A model generated the notes under the pieces. That model had not been told where the DNA came from, searched no databases, and worked only from the letters and a program-made list of their open reading frames with translations. DNA of 64,000 bases from Corallococcus sp. NCRR. GTDB lineage: Bacteria > Myxococcota > Myxococcia > Myxococcales > Myxococcaceae. The DNA lies in NCBI RefSeq assembly GCF_026965535.1, contig NZ_CP114039.1:7907461-7971460 (forward strand), read 5' to 3'. This document shows positions 46,647 to 56,164 of this stretch, one piece after another. Position 1 is the first letter of the stretch; every line of letters begins with the position of its first letter. The translations under genes and the position numbers were made by a program.

Positions 46647-47150
46647 ATGGCCAGGCCTCAAACAGGGCGCTCCGGCTGCCCCATCAACCTGACACTCGAA
46701 CAGCTCGGCGACCGTTGGAGCCTGATCGTCATCCGCGATGTCATGTTCGGGAACCGGCGCAGCTACGGCGACCTGCTCTCGCAGAGCGAGGAAGGCATCG
46801 CCTCCAACATCCTCGCGGACCGGCTCAAGCGCCTGACCGCGTCCGGCCTGCTGTCGCGGCGTCCGGATCCGAAGCACCAGCAAAAAGGCATCTACAGCCT
46901 CACGGAGGCGTCCATCCAACTGGTGCCCCTGCTCGCGCACATGGGGGCCTGGGGCCGCCGACACACACAGGTGAGCGAGGAGCTGTCCGTGCGCGCGGAG
47001 CTGCTGGAGAAGGGCGGCCCGCCGCTCTGGGACGCGTTCATGGAGGAGTTGCGCCACCTGCACCTGGACGCTCCACGCCCTTCCCGCTCGGTGTTCCGTG
47101 AGCTTCAGGCCGCATATGAGAAGGCCGTCGCACGCAAGGCCCGGGACTGA
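46647..47150 (+). CDS. HxlR-type winged-helix transcriptional regulator
   Basis: CPINLTLEQLGDRWSLIVIRDVMFGNRRSYGDLL...IASNILADRLKRLTASGLL; aggag RBS at 46641-46645; divergent from the GST gene. Confidence 0.82.
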   Translation: MARPQTGRSGCPINLTLEQLGDRWSLIVIRDVMFGNRRSYGDLLSQSEEGIASNILADRLKRLTASGLLSRRPDPKHQQKGIYSLTEASIQLVPLLAHMGAWGRRHTQVSEELSVRAELLEKGGPPLWDAFMEELRHLHLDAPRPSRSVFRELQAAYEKAVARKARD

Positions 47151-47183
47151 AGGTCCTGAAACGGGTTAGCGTTCACCGCGCTC

Positions 47184-47801
47184 ATGAAAGTCCTCGGCTG
47201 GTTGTTCGTCCTGATGTGCGCGCTGTGGCTCCCTGCATGCGGTCCCTACGACTGCACCCCGGAGAACTGCGCGGACGGCTGCTGCTCCGCGCTCAATGAG
47301 TGCATCCGCTACCGGAGCGACTCGGAATGCGGCCCCAATGGCGGCCTCTGTGAAGCCTGCGGGGCAGGCAGTGTCTGCCGGCTGGACCAGCGCGCCTGCT
47401 ACACGGGCGTGATGCGCACCTTCATCCAGCCCCGGTACGCCACCATCGCGGACTTCGACCCGGACACGGGCGAGGACTGGGATTCCGATGGCTCGCCGCC
47501 GGACGTCGTCGTGGAGATGAACTGCCCCTCCGCTCCCGAACGCACCCGCACCGAGGAAGACGAGAGCTGGGACCCCGAATGGAGGACCGGCGGCTGCCAG
47601 GTCATCACGTCCAACCTCCTGCGCTACCCGCTCGAAATCTCCATCTTCGACAACGACGACTACACCTTCGATGACGAGTTCGGCGGCCTCTCCTACCAGG
47701 TCACCCGCGCAGACCTGAACCTGGGCCGCATCGAGCTCTCCATCCCGCCCATCGTGAAGACGCTCGTCTTCGACCTGAGCCACAACTACGCGCCGCAGTG
47801 A
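47184..47801 (+). CDS. Cys-rich lipoprotein (paralogue of 39708..40370)
   Basis: Signal/lipobox LWLPACGP; NCADGCCSALNEC...CGPNGGLCEACGAGSVC...CYTG; DWDSDGSPPDVVV; SYQVTRADLNLG. Confidence 0.58.
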   Translation: MKVLGWLFVLMCALWLPACGPYDCTPENCADGCCSALNECIRYRSDSECGPNGGLCEACGAGSVCRLDQRACYTGVMRTFIQPRYATIADFDPDTGEDWDSDGSPPDVVVEMNCPSAPERTRTEEDESWDPEWRTGGCQVITSNLLRYPLEISIFDNDDYTFDDEFGGLSYQVTRADLNLGRIELSIPPIVKTLVFDLSHNYAPQ

Positions 47802-47839
47802 GCTGTAACCGCCCCCGCGTCCCCGGCGTAGTCCTGACC

Positions 47840-48325
47840 ATGCGCGCCCACCTCCTGCCGCTCATGGTCCTGTTCACCGCCGCCTGTGGTCCCTCCTCCT
47901 CCGTGGACGAAGGGCTCGGCGTCGTCCAGGGCATCGACACGTCCGAGGACGGCATCACCGCCTTCGTCCGCTCGGGCCAGTACACCTCCTGGCTCGCGGA
48001 GCCCTCGGTCCACGACACGCGCGCGCCCCACGGCAGCAAGGTCCGCGTGTTCTTCAACGACGTCGTCGTGCAGTCCCTGCTCGATGGCAACGCCACGCAC
48101 CCCGTGGGCAGCATCCTGGTGAAGGAGCTCTTCGAGGATGACGGGAAGACGCTCCGGGGCCACGCGCTGGACGTGAAGGTCGCGGAAGGCCCCGGCAAGG
48201 ACACCTGGATCTTCTACGAGGGCTTCGGCCCCGACTACACGCGCAACTACTACGGCCGCGCCCACTCGACCTGTCACGGGTGCCACTCGGACGGGGTGGA
48301 CTACGTCACGTCCCCGCTGCCGTGA
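47840..48325 (+). CDS. Cytochrome P460-like periplasmic lipoprotein with CXXCH haem-binding motif
   Basis: Lipobox LFTAACGP; C-terminal STCHGCH (C-x-x-C-H); size about 160 aa; ATG at 47840. Confidence 0.5.
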   Translation: MRAHLLPLMVLFTAACGPSSSVDEGLGVVQGIDTSEDGITAFVRSGQYTSWLAEPSVHDTRAPHGSKVRVFFNDVVVQSLLDGNATHPVGSILVKELFEDDGKTLRGHALDVKVAEGPGKDTWIFYEGFGPDYTRNYYGRAHSTCHGCHSDGVDYVTSPLP

Positions 48326-48379
48326 AAATGAAGACGGGCGGCCCCCTTCCGAGGACCGCCCGCCGTCGAACGGCCAGGA

Positions 48380-49423
48380 CTACCGCGCCGCGGACTTGCG
48401 GCGCATCAGGAACACGCCCAGGCCCACGCCCGCGGCCCACTTCGCCGCGGCGGCCAGCGGCGTCTTGCCAAGCGCCACCGGGCGGCTCTCGTACTGGGGC
48501 TGGGGCGGAACCGGACGGAAGTCCGTGGCGCCGGGGAGGTTCGCGCCCTGCTCCTCCGCCTCCGTCTTCGTCACGTTCGGTCCCGGTGCATCCGGATCGC
48601 GCGCACCCGGCGCCTTCCCGTCCGGCGACTTGTGCTCGAGGATGCCGTTGATCTCCGCGCCCAGCAGCACGACCATGCAGGAGATCTGCATCCACAGCAG
48701 CATCACGATGACACCGCCGATGGCGCCGTAGTTCACGTCGTACGAGCCGAAGTTCGACACGTACTTCGAGAACCCCCACGAGGCGATGACCCAGATGATC
48801 ACGCTCACCACCGACCCCGGGGTGATGAACTTGAACTTCTGCTTCACGTCCGGCAGCACGTAGTACAGCACCGCCAGCAGCAGCATCATCAGGATGCCCG
48901 CCACGGGCATGCGCAGCCACAGCACGAGGTTGGTGAGCAGTCCGCCGCCCAGCCTGTCCGCGATCGCCGGCGTCACGACGGCGACGAGGGCCGCCAGCAC
49001 CACCGTGATGGCCGTGCCCAGCGTCGTCAGCAGCGCGATGCCACGCTTCTTCCAGAACGGTCGCTTCTCCGTCACGCCATAGACCGTGTTGAGCGCGTCC
49101 ATCAGCGCCACCACACCGCCCGAGGCCGCCCAGACAGCGCCCACGCCACCGATCGTCAGGAGCCCCACCGGGTTGCTGCTCGCCAGCGCCTCCAGCCGCT
49201 CGCCCAGGATCTTCGTCACCTCCTGGGGTGCCACCTTCGACAGCTCCTGGATGAGCTGCTGCGCCTGGTGCGGATCAATCAGCACGCCGGCCAGTGACAC
49301 GAGGAACAGCAGGAACGGGAACAGCGCCATGATGGCGGAGAACGTCAGCGCCCCCGCGACGTTGCCCACGTTGTCGCGTCCCCACTCGTCCTTGAGGGAC
49401 TTGAAGAACTCCTTCCAACTCAT
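48380..49423 (-). CDS. YihY/BrkB (virulence factor BrkB / ribonuclease BN-like) family inner-membrane protein
   Basis: MSWKEFFKSLKDEWGRDNVGNVAGALTFSAIMALFPFLLFLVSL... six TM helices; ATG at 49423. Confidence 0.82.
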   Translation of the reverse strand: MSWKEFFKSLKDEWGRDNVGNVAGALTFSAIMALFPFLLFLVSLAGVLIDPHQAQQLIQELSKVAPQEVTKILGERLEALASSNPVGLLTIGGVGAVWAASGGVVALMDALNTVYGVTEKRPFWKKRGIALLTTLGTAITVVLAALVAVVTPAIADRLGGGLLTNLVLWLRMPVAGILMMLLLAVLYYVLPDVKQKFKFITPGSVVSVIIWVIASWGFSKYVSNFGSYDVNYGAIGGVIVMLLWMQISCMVVLLGAEINGILEHKSPDGKAPGARDPDAPGPNVTKTEAEEQGANLPGATDFRPVPPQPQYESRPVALGKTPLAAAAKWAAGVGLGVFLMRRKSAAR

Positions 49424-49590
49424 TCCCCTGCCGGGCAGGACCATGCGTCTCCTCCTGGGAGGAGATTGGGCATTCCATCCCCCGGCTGGCTTCCTCCCCC
49501 GGGACGAGGCCTGCCTCCCTGCCTGCTCACCGCGCAGGAGGCGAAGAATGACAAGCCCCCCGCGCCACGCCTGCCCGGCCGCCTTCAGCG

Positions 49591-50136
49591 TCAGAAAACG
49601 GGCAGCACCGGCGCGTCCTTCAGCCGGGGCGCGCGCAGATCCTTCGCGGACAGGAGCGGCTCCTTCACCGGCCAGGGGATGGCCAGGTCCGGATCATCCC
49701 AGATGACGCTCCGCTCGGTCTCCGGGGAGTACAGCGCGGTGCACTTGTAGAAGAAGTCCGCCGAGTCGCTCACCACGCAGAAGCCGTGCGCGAAGCCCGC
49801 CGGCACCCAGAGCTGGTGCTTGTTCTCGCCCGTCAGCTCCGCGGCCACCCAGCGGCCGAACGTGGGCGACCCCTTGCGGATGTCCACCGCCACGTCCCAC
49901 ACCGCGCCCGCCAGGCACTGCACCAGCTTGCCCTGCGCGTTGGGCTCCTGGAAGTGCAGCCCGCGCAGCGTGCCCTTCACCGAGCGCGACAGGTTGTCCT
50001 GCACGAACGGGCCCACGACGCCCGCGTCCGCGTAGCGCTTCGCGTGGAAGGACTCGAGGAAGAAGCCCCGGTCGTCGCCGAACACCTTCGGCTCGATGAG
50101 CAGGACGTCCGGAATCGCCAGCGGGGTGACCTTCAC
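49591..50136 (-). CDS. rmlC: dTDP-4-dehydrorhamnose 3,5-epimerase
   Basis: [30 protein letters not shown]...; GTG start at 50136 overlapping the rmlA stop (GTGA); the track ORF upstream extension is rejected. Confidence 0.85.
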   Translation of the reverse strand: MKVTPLAIPDVLLIEPKVFGDDRGFFLESFHAKRYADAGVVGPFVQDNLSRSVKGTLRGLHFQEPNAQGKLVQCLAGAVWDVAVDIRKGSPTFGRWVAAELTGENKHQLWVPAGFAHGFCVVSDSADFFYKCTALYSPETERSVIWDDPDLAIPWPVKEPLLSAKDLRAPRLKDAPVLPVF

Positions 50137-51014
50137 GACACCGCCCCCCGCTTCTCCACCAGGTCCAACAGGTACTGGCCGTACTCGTTCTTGCGCATGG
50201 GCTCCGCCAGCGCCGTCAGCCGCTGCTCGTCGATGTAGCCCATGCGGAAGGCGATCTCCTCCGGACAGGCCACCTTGAGGCCCTGACGGCGCTCGATGAT
50301 CTCGATGTAGTTGGACGCCTGCATCAGCGACTCGTGCGTGCCGGTGTCCAGCCACGCATAGCCGCGTCCCATCAGCTCCACGTTGAGCTGGCCGCGGCGC
50401 AGGTACTCCGCGTTGACGTCGGTGATTTCGTACTCGCCGCGCTTGCCCGGCTTGAGGTTCGCCGCGATGTCGATGACCTGGTTGTCGTAGAAGTACAGGC
50501 CCGTGACGGCGTAGTGCGACTTGGGCTTCGCCGGCTTCTCCTCGATGCTGACGGCCTTGTGCTGGGCGTTGAGCTCCACCACGCCGTAGCGCTCCGGATC
50601 CTTCACGTAGTAGCCGAACACGGTGGCGCCCTGCGTGCGCTTGGACGCGCGCTGCGTGAGCTCCCCCATGCCGTGGCCGTAGAAGATGTTGTCACCCAGG
50701 ATGAGCGACACCGGGTCCTTGCCCACGAAGTCCCGGCCGATGACGAACGCCTGCGCCAGGCCCTCTGGACGCGGCTGCTCGGCGTACTGGAGACGGATGC
50801 CCCACTGCTCTCCGTCGCCCAGCAGCTCGCGAAAGCGCGGCAGGTCCTGCGGCGTGGAGATGACGAGGATCTCCCGGATGCCCGCCAGCATCAGCGTCGT
50901 CAGCGGGTAGTAGATCATCGGCTTGTCGTAGACGGGCAACAGCTGCTTGCTCACCACGCGCGTCAGCGGGTACAGGCGCGTGCCCGAACCCCCGGCCAGA
51001 ATGATTCCCTTCAT
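50133..51014 (-). CDS. rmlA: Glucose-1-phosphate thymidylyltransferase
   Basis: [38 protein letters not shown]...; ATG at 51014. Confidence 0.92.
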   Translation of the reverse strand: MKGIILAGGSGTRLYPLTRVVSKQLLPVYDKPMIYYPLTTLMLAGIREILVISTPQDLPRFRELLGDGEQWGIRLQYAEQPRPEGLAQAFVIGRDFVGKDPVSLILGDNIFYGHGMGELTQRASKRTQGATVFGYYVKDPERYGVVELNAQHKAVSIEEKPAKPKSHYAVTGLYFYDNQVIDIAANLKPGKRGEYEITDVNAEYLRRGQLNVELMGRGYAWLDTGTHESLMQASNYIEIIERRQGLKVACPEEIAFRMGYIDEQRLTALAEPMRKNEYGQYLLDLVEKRGAVS

Positions 51015-51086
51015 GAGTTCTCCCCTGTGTTCCACGGCCCGGCCGCGAAACGGATGCGCGCGGCCCGGCCGCCACGCGCGGATGCA

Positions 51087-51986
51087 CTAGCTGGCGCGGT
51101 GCGCCTTCCAGGCCGCGTGGAAGCGCGCCAGCGACTCCGCCAGCTCCAGCGGTTGGGCCTTCAGCTCCGTGCGCACCTTGTCCGTCTTGAGGCCGCTCCG
51201 CAGCGGCCGGGGGCTGGCCAGCTTCAGGTCCGCCATCCGCGTGGGGGTGATCAGCGACGCGTCGAAGCCGAACACCTCGCAGAGCGCCCGGCCGAAGCCG
51301 ACCCGGTCGATGACCGTGCCGCCGCAGGTGTTCCACACGCCGCCCAGCCGCCGCTCGCCCAGCTCCACCAGCATGGCGGCCACGCTGTCCGCGAAGCTGG
51401 GGGACACGACCTGGTCCTCGAAGAGCTTCACCGGCTGGCCCTTCTCCAGGGCCCCCACCAGCCACGCTCCGAAGTTGGGACGCCCCGCCGCGGGCCAGCC
51501 GTACACCACCGCCGTGCGCGCGATGGCGCAGCCCGGCACGAAGACGCGCGCGGCCTGCTCGGCCATGTGCTTGGTCAGCGCGTAGACGCCGCGCGGGTTG
51601 GGCAGCGCGTCCTCCGAATACGGCCCCGCGTCCCCGTCGAAGACGTAGTCCGTGGAGACGTGCACCAGGTGCGCGCCCGCCGCCTTCGCGGCCCGGGCCA
51701 CCGCCGCGGTGGCGTGGACGTTCGCCGCGTAGGCCGCGTCCGGGTCCTTCTCACACGCGTCCACCTCCGTCATGGAGGCGGGGTGGATGATGGCCTCCGG
51801 TTGGGCCCGGGCGATGGCCGCGGCCACGTCCTGCTCGCGCGTGAGGTCCACCTCCACGTAGCCGTGCGTGCCGCCCGTGCGCCGGGGACCGCGCCCCAGG
51901 CCCACGACTTCATGTCCACGCTCGGTCAGCTGCGCGCAGACGCGGCTGCCCACCAGGCCGTTGGCCCCCGTGACGAGAAAGCGCAT
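51087..51986 (-). CDS. rmlD: dTDP-4-dehydrorhamnose reductase
   Basis: MRFLVTGANGLVGSRV...STDYVFDG... RmlD substrate-binding fold. Confidence 0.85.
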   Translation of the reverse strand: MRFLVTGANGLVGSRVCAQLTERGHEVVGLGRGPRRTGGTHGYVEVDLTREQDVAAAIARAQPEAIIHPASMTEVDACEKDPDAAYAANVHATAAVARAAKAAGAHLVHVSTDYVFDGDAGPYSEDALPNPRGVYALTKHMAEQAARVFVPGCAIARTAVVYGWPAAGRPNFGAWLVGALEKGQPVKLFEDQVVSPSFADSVAAMLVELGERRLGGVWNTCGGTVIDRVGFGRALCEVFGFDASLITPTRMADLKLASPRPLRSGLKTDKVRTELKAQPLELAESLARFHAAWKAHRAS

Positions 51987-51990
51987 GGCG

Positions 51991-53016
51991 CTAGCCCCGC
52001 CCCTGCAGACGGGCCTTGTACTGGGTGTCGAAGTACTGGCGGTAGGCGCCGCTGGTGACGCGCTCCCACCAGGCGCGGTTCTCCACGTACCAGGTCACCG
52101 TCTCCGCCAGCCCCTGCTCGAAGGTGTGCTTGGGCTGATAGCCCAGCTCCGTGCGGATCTTCGTGGGGTCGATGGCGTAGCGGCGGTCATGGCCGGGCCG
52201 GTCCGCCACGTACTGGATGAGCGACTCGGGCTTCTTCAGCAGGCCCAGGATGCCCTTGACGATCTCGATGTTGCGGCGCTCGGAGCCGCCGCCGATGTTG
52301 TAGACCTCGCCCGCGCGGCCCTTCTCCAGCGCCACCAGCAGGCCCTGGCAGTGGTCCTCCACGTGGAGCCAGTCGCGCACGTTGGCGCCGTCGCCGTAGA
52401 CGGGCAGCGGCTTGTCGTGCAGCGCGTTCACCACCATCAGCGGGATGAGCTTCTCCGGGAACTGGTAGCGGCCGTAGTTGTTCGAGCAGCGCGTCACCAC
52501 CGCGTCCATCTTGAACGTGTGGTGGTAGGCCAGCGCGATCAGGTCCGAGGACGTCTTGGAGGCCGAGTACGGGCTGGAGGGCTGCAGCGGAGAGGTCTCC
52601 GTGAAGGCGCCCGTGGGGCCCAGCGAGCCGTAGACCTCGTCGGTGGAGACCATCAGGAAGCGCTTCACGCCCCGGGCGCGGCAGGCCTCCAGCAGCTGCT
52701 GGGTGCCCAGCACGTTGGTGTTGATGAACACCTCCGGGCCCAGGATGGAGCGGTCCACGTGGCTTTCGGCCGCCAGGTGCATCACCGCGTCGACGCCGTG
52801 CTGGACGATGAGGTGCTCCACCAGCTCCCGGTTGCCGATGTCGCCGCGCACGAAGACGTGCTTCGGGTCGCCTTCCAGGTCGGCGAGGGTCTCGAGGTTG
52901 CCCGCGTACGTGAGCTTGTCGAGGTTGATGATCTTCCAGTCGGGCCGCTCGCGGCGGAGGTACTTCACCAGGTTGGAGCCGATGAAGCCGCAGCCACCTG
53001 TCACCAGGACGTTCAT
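51991..53016 (-). CDS. rmlB: dTDP-glucose 4,6-dehydratase
   Basis: MNVLVTGGCGFIGSNLVKYL...STDEVYGSL...YSASKTSSD...; ATG at 53016; the track ORF upstream part is antisense to the GT4 gene. Confidence 0.92.
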   Translation of the reverse strand: MNVLVTGGCGFIGSNLVKYLRRERPDWKIINLDKLTYAGNLETLADLEGDPKHVFVRGDIGNRELVEHLIVQHGVDAVMHLAAESHVDRSILGPEVFINTNVLGTQQLLEACRARGVKRFLMVSTDEVYGSLGPTGAFTETSPLQPSSPYSASKTSSDLIALAYHHTFKMDAVVTRCSNNYGRYQFPEKLIPLMVVNALHDKPLPVYGDGANVRDWLHVEDHCQGLLVALEKGRAGEVYNIGGGSERRNIEIVKGILGLLKKPESLIQYVADRPGHDRRYAIDPTKIRTELGYQPKHTFEQGLAETVTWYVENRAWWERVTSGAYRQYFDTQYKARLQGRG

Positions 53017-53130
53017 TGACACGCCACCACTCGGACAACGGGAGAAAGCGCCCTCCGTAGCGGAGCGACGGATCCCCGTCAAGGCAAGCGCGCGGCCACT
53101 TGTGGCCGGTGCGGGCCAGGGGTAAATGCC

Positions 53131-54777
53131 ATGGCCAACGTGAGCCTCTGGAACAGCAAGCGAGGGACCGCGTCCTCGAGCGCCGGAGCGGTCCACCAGC
53201 TCGTGCCGCGGCTGGCCTGGGGCGACGCCGTGGGCAACCAGGTGCGCTACCTGCGCGACCTCCTGCGCGGGTGGGGGTACGCGTCGGAGATCTACGCGGA
53301 GCAGTGGGACGAGGCGTGCCGCGACGAGGTGCGCCCCGCGCTGGAATACGCGCGCGACGCGGGCCGGGACACGGCGCTGCTCGTCCACCACAGCTTCGAG
53401 TCGCGGCTGGTGCCGCTGGTGGCCAAGGCGAAGGGGCGCAAGGCGCTGCTGTACCACAACGTCACGCCGGAGCGTTTCTTCGAGGGCACGGACCGCCACG
53501 TCGCCCGCGGCTGCATGCTGGCGCGCGAGGAGCTGCTCCAACTGCGCGAGCACGTGACGCACGCGTGGGCCTACTCGCACTTCAGCGTGGAGGAGCTGTC
53601 CGCCGCGGGGTTCCCGGACGCGAGCGTCCTGCCCTTCGCGGTGGACTGGAACGCGTTCAACGTGCCGCCGGACGCGGCCCTGCGCGAGCAGGTGGCGGAC
53701 GGCTGCGCCAACGTGCTCTTCGTGGGCCGCACCGTGCCCAGCAAGCGGCTGGAGGACGTGCTGCGCGTCTTCACCGCCTACCAGCGCCTGTACCAGCCCA
53801 AGAGCCGGCTGCTGGTGGCGGGGACGCTCTACAGCAGCGCGCCCTATGACGCGTCCGTGCTGGCGCTGCGCGAACAACTGGGCCCGGATCGCGTGATGTT
53901 CCTGGGGCGGGTGGACGCCGCCCAGCTGTCCGCGTGCTTCGCCTCCGCCACGGCGTACCTCTCCATGAGCCGCCACGAGGGCTTCGGCGTGCCGCTGCTG
54001 GAGGCCATGTACCGGGGCGTGCCGGTGGTGGCCTACGGCGCCGCGGCGGTGCCGGAGACCATGGGCGGCGCGGGCCTCACCACCCTGTCGGACGACCCCT
54101 CGCAGGTGGCGGGGCTGCTGGCGGTGCTGGAGCGCGACCCCGCCCTGCGCTCGCGGGTGGTGGAGGCGCAGCGCCAGCGCCTGGCGTCCCTGGATCAGCG
54201 GTCCGTGGCCCAGCGCGTGCGCGAGGCGCTCATGCCCTTCATCCAGGGAGATGCGCCCCCTCCCCGTCCGTCCGCCGGGCCCGCCGTCACCGTGGTGTGC
54301 CCGGGCTTCGACGTCGCGCCGGAGGCGCCCATGTCCCGGCTGGCGCGCGCGGTGGTGGACCGGCTGCCGGACGCGAGCCTGTGGACGGTGCGCCGCCAGG
54401 TGCTGCCCCTGCAGCTGGCCCCAAGTGACGAGCGCGAGGGTGTGACGCGGGTGCGGCGCTTCACGCCGGACGAGCCCACCTTCGGACTGGACGGGCCCGG
54501 CCCGCCGTCGTCGTCGCTGGAGACGGGCGTGCGGTGCGCCCCGGGGCCGCTGCTGTTCGCGGGCGCCGGTGAAGAAGTGGCCCGGCGCACGGTGTCGCGG
54601 CTCCCCGCGGAAGCGCGCGTCGCGGGCGTCTGGGAGCCCCGCCGCGCGCCGGACGCGAGCGTGCGGCAGGTCCTGGGAAAGAAGCTGTGGGAGCTCACCC
54701 CGGGGAGCGACCTGACGTCCCTGGCGGCGGAGCTGGCACGAGAGCTGGACGTGGGAGGACATCCGCATGCGCGCTGA
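53131..54777 (+). CDS. Glycosyltransferase family 4 (GT-B, group 1) protein with long C-terminal extension
   Basis: C-terminal GT4 motif SMSRHEGFGVPLLEAMYRGVPVVAYGAAAVPE; divergent from rmlB. Confidence 0.75.
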   Translation: MANVSLWNSKRGTASSSAGAVHQLVPRLAWGDAVGNQVRYLRDLLRGWGYASEIYAEQWDEACRDEVRPALEYARDAGRDTALLVHHSFESRLVPLVAKAKGRKALLYHNVTPERFFEGTDRHVARGCMLAREELLQLREHVTHAWAYSHFSVEELSAAGFPDASVLPFAVDWNAFNVPPDAALREQVADGCANVLFVGRTVPSKRLEDVLRVFTAYQRLYQPKSRLLVAGTLYSSAPYDASVLALREQLGPDRVMFLGRVDAAQLSACFASATAYLSMSRHEGFGVPLLEAMYRGVPVVAYGAAAVPETMGGAGLTTLSDDPSQVAGLLAVLERDPALRSRVVEAQRQRLASLDQRSVAQRVREALMPFIQGDAPPPRPSAGPAVTVVCPGFDVAPEAPMSRLARAVVDRLPDASLWTVRRQVLPLQLAPSDEREGVTRVRRFTPDEPTFGLDGPGPPSSSLETGVRCAPGPLLFAGAGEEVARRTVSRLPAEARVAGVWEPRRAPDASVRQVLGKKLWELTPGSDLTSLAAELARELDVGGHPHAR

Positions 54778-55267
54778 GGACCTCATCACCGACGATCCCA
54801 CCGTGAAGGCGGTGCTGGAGTCGCTGGAGCGGCTGCCCACGCCCGAGCCCGAGAAGGTGGAGGCGCTGCGCCGGCGCCTCGCCGCCACCCAGGCCCCGGC
54901 CGCCAGCGCCGCGTGGCCTGCGTTCCTGGAGGGCGCGCGGCTGAAGCGCGACGCGCGCTACGCGGATCCGCCTTCGTCCCACCGGCCCCTGGTGGGGCCC
55001 GCGCTGGTGATGGCCAAGCGCGCCTTCCGGCTGGCGTTCCAGCCCTTCATCAACGAGGCGCTCCGGCGGCAGGTGGAGTTCAACGAGGCCATCCTGGACG
55101 CGCTCATGCTCATCCACGAGCACCAGCGCGTGCAGGCGCGCACGCAGTCCCTGTGGCGCCAGGAGGTGGAGCGCCAACTGGAGCAGCTGACGTCGCGCCT
55201 GCCCCCGGCCGCGCCGGAGCCCCCGTCGAAACCCGCTCGGGCGCCGTCCCGGCGTCGTGGCCGGTAG
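54767..55267 (+). CDS. Hypothetical protein
   Basis: 166-aa ORF overlapping the GT4 stop by 11 nt; coding bias only. Confidence 0.4.
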   Translation: MRAEDLITDDPTVKAVLESLERLPTPEPEKVEALRRRLAATQAPAASAAWPAFLEGARLKRDARYADPPSSHRPLVGPALVMAKRAFRLAFQPFINEALRRQVEFNEAILDALMLIHEHQRVQARTQSLWRQEVERQLEQLTSRLPPAAPEPPSKPARAPSRRRGR

Positions 55268-55273
55268 CCCGCT

Positions 55274-56146
55274 TCAGGGCAGAGGCTTCTTCACCTCCAG
55301 GATCCACACCGCCTCCAGGCAGGAGGGATCCAGGAAGACCATCCGGATGTTGAAGGGCAGGCCCAGCTGATCACGGGCCACGGTGAACATCTCGAACATC
55401 TCGGTGAGCGTCCACACGTGGAAGTGGATGTTGACGCGATCCCGGATGAAGGCCTCCGTCAGGTGGGCCAGCTCCTCGCCCTCTTTCCGGTCGATGAGGC
55501 GCAGCCACTCGTCATAGTGGGCGCGCCGCGAGCCCTCCGGCCCCTTGAGGTAGTCCTCCACGACGTGTGCCGTGGGGGTGATGGCCCGGGGCAGGTCGAA
55601 GGTGAAGCGCTTGTCCGGGATGGCCATGAAGAGGATGCCTCCGGGCCGCAGGACCCGGATGAAGTTCTTCACCGTGCCAATGGGGTTTTCGCAGTGCTCC
55701 AGGACGTGGTTGGCGATGACGAAGTCCTGGGACTCCGCCGCCACCGTGCCCAGCTCCTCGCCGTTGTCGATGATGTCCGGCGTGACGATGCGGTCGGCCA
55801 CTTCCGGGAAACGGGAGCGCAGCACGTCGATGGGCGCCACGTCCACATAGCGGGCCCGGGCCCCGGCGGGCAGCTTCGTGGGATTGCACAGGGCGCCAAT
55901 CTCCAGGCCCTCGCCGCGCAGGTAGTGGGCCGCGATGAGCTCCCGGGTGAGGGGCGGAGCCACGGGGGCCTGAGGGGCCGGCTCCACGGGCACCGGCGGT
56001 GGCGGCTCCACGGGGGCCGGCGGCATCCAACGCGACCGGAGTGACGCCAGCTGGTTCTCCGTGCGCGTCAGCCCCGTGTGGAGCTGGGAGCGCACGACGG
56101 CCTTCATTGTGGGGGGAATCAGGGCCTTGAGCTGCGACAGACGCAT
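55274..56146 (-). CDS. Class I SAM-dependent methyltransferase
   Basis: VIANHVLEHCENP...VLRPGGILFMAIPD; Pro-rich N-terminal linker. Confidence 0.7.
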   Translation of the reverse strand: MRLSQLKALIPPTMKAVVRSQLHTGLTRTENQLASLRSRWMPPAPVEPPPPVPVEPAPQAPVAPPLTRELIAAHYLRGEGLEIGALCNPTKLPAGARARYVDVAPIDVLRSRFPEVADRIVTPDIIDNGEELGTVAAESQDFVIANHVLEHCENPIGTVKNFIRVLRPGGILFMAIPDKRFTFDLPRAITPTAHVVEDYLKGPEGSRRAHYDEWLRLIDRKEGEELAHLTEAFIRDRVNIHFHVWTLTEMFEMFTVARDQLGLPFNIRMVFLDPSCLEAVWILEVKKPLP

Positions 56147-56164
56147 GGAGTGCCTCCGGGGGTT

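Noticed and set aside
49591-53016. The rmlBDAC cluster considered as the novel system
   Set aside because: This is a textbook dTDP-L-rhamnose pathway with conserved motifs; only its large glycosyltransferase neighbours are noted as moderately interesting.
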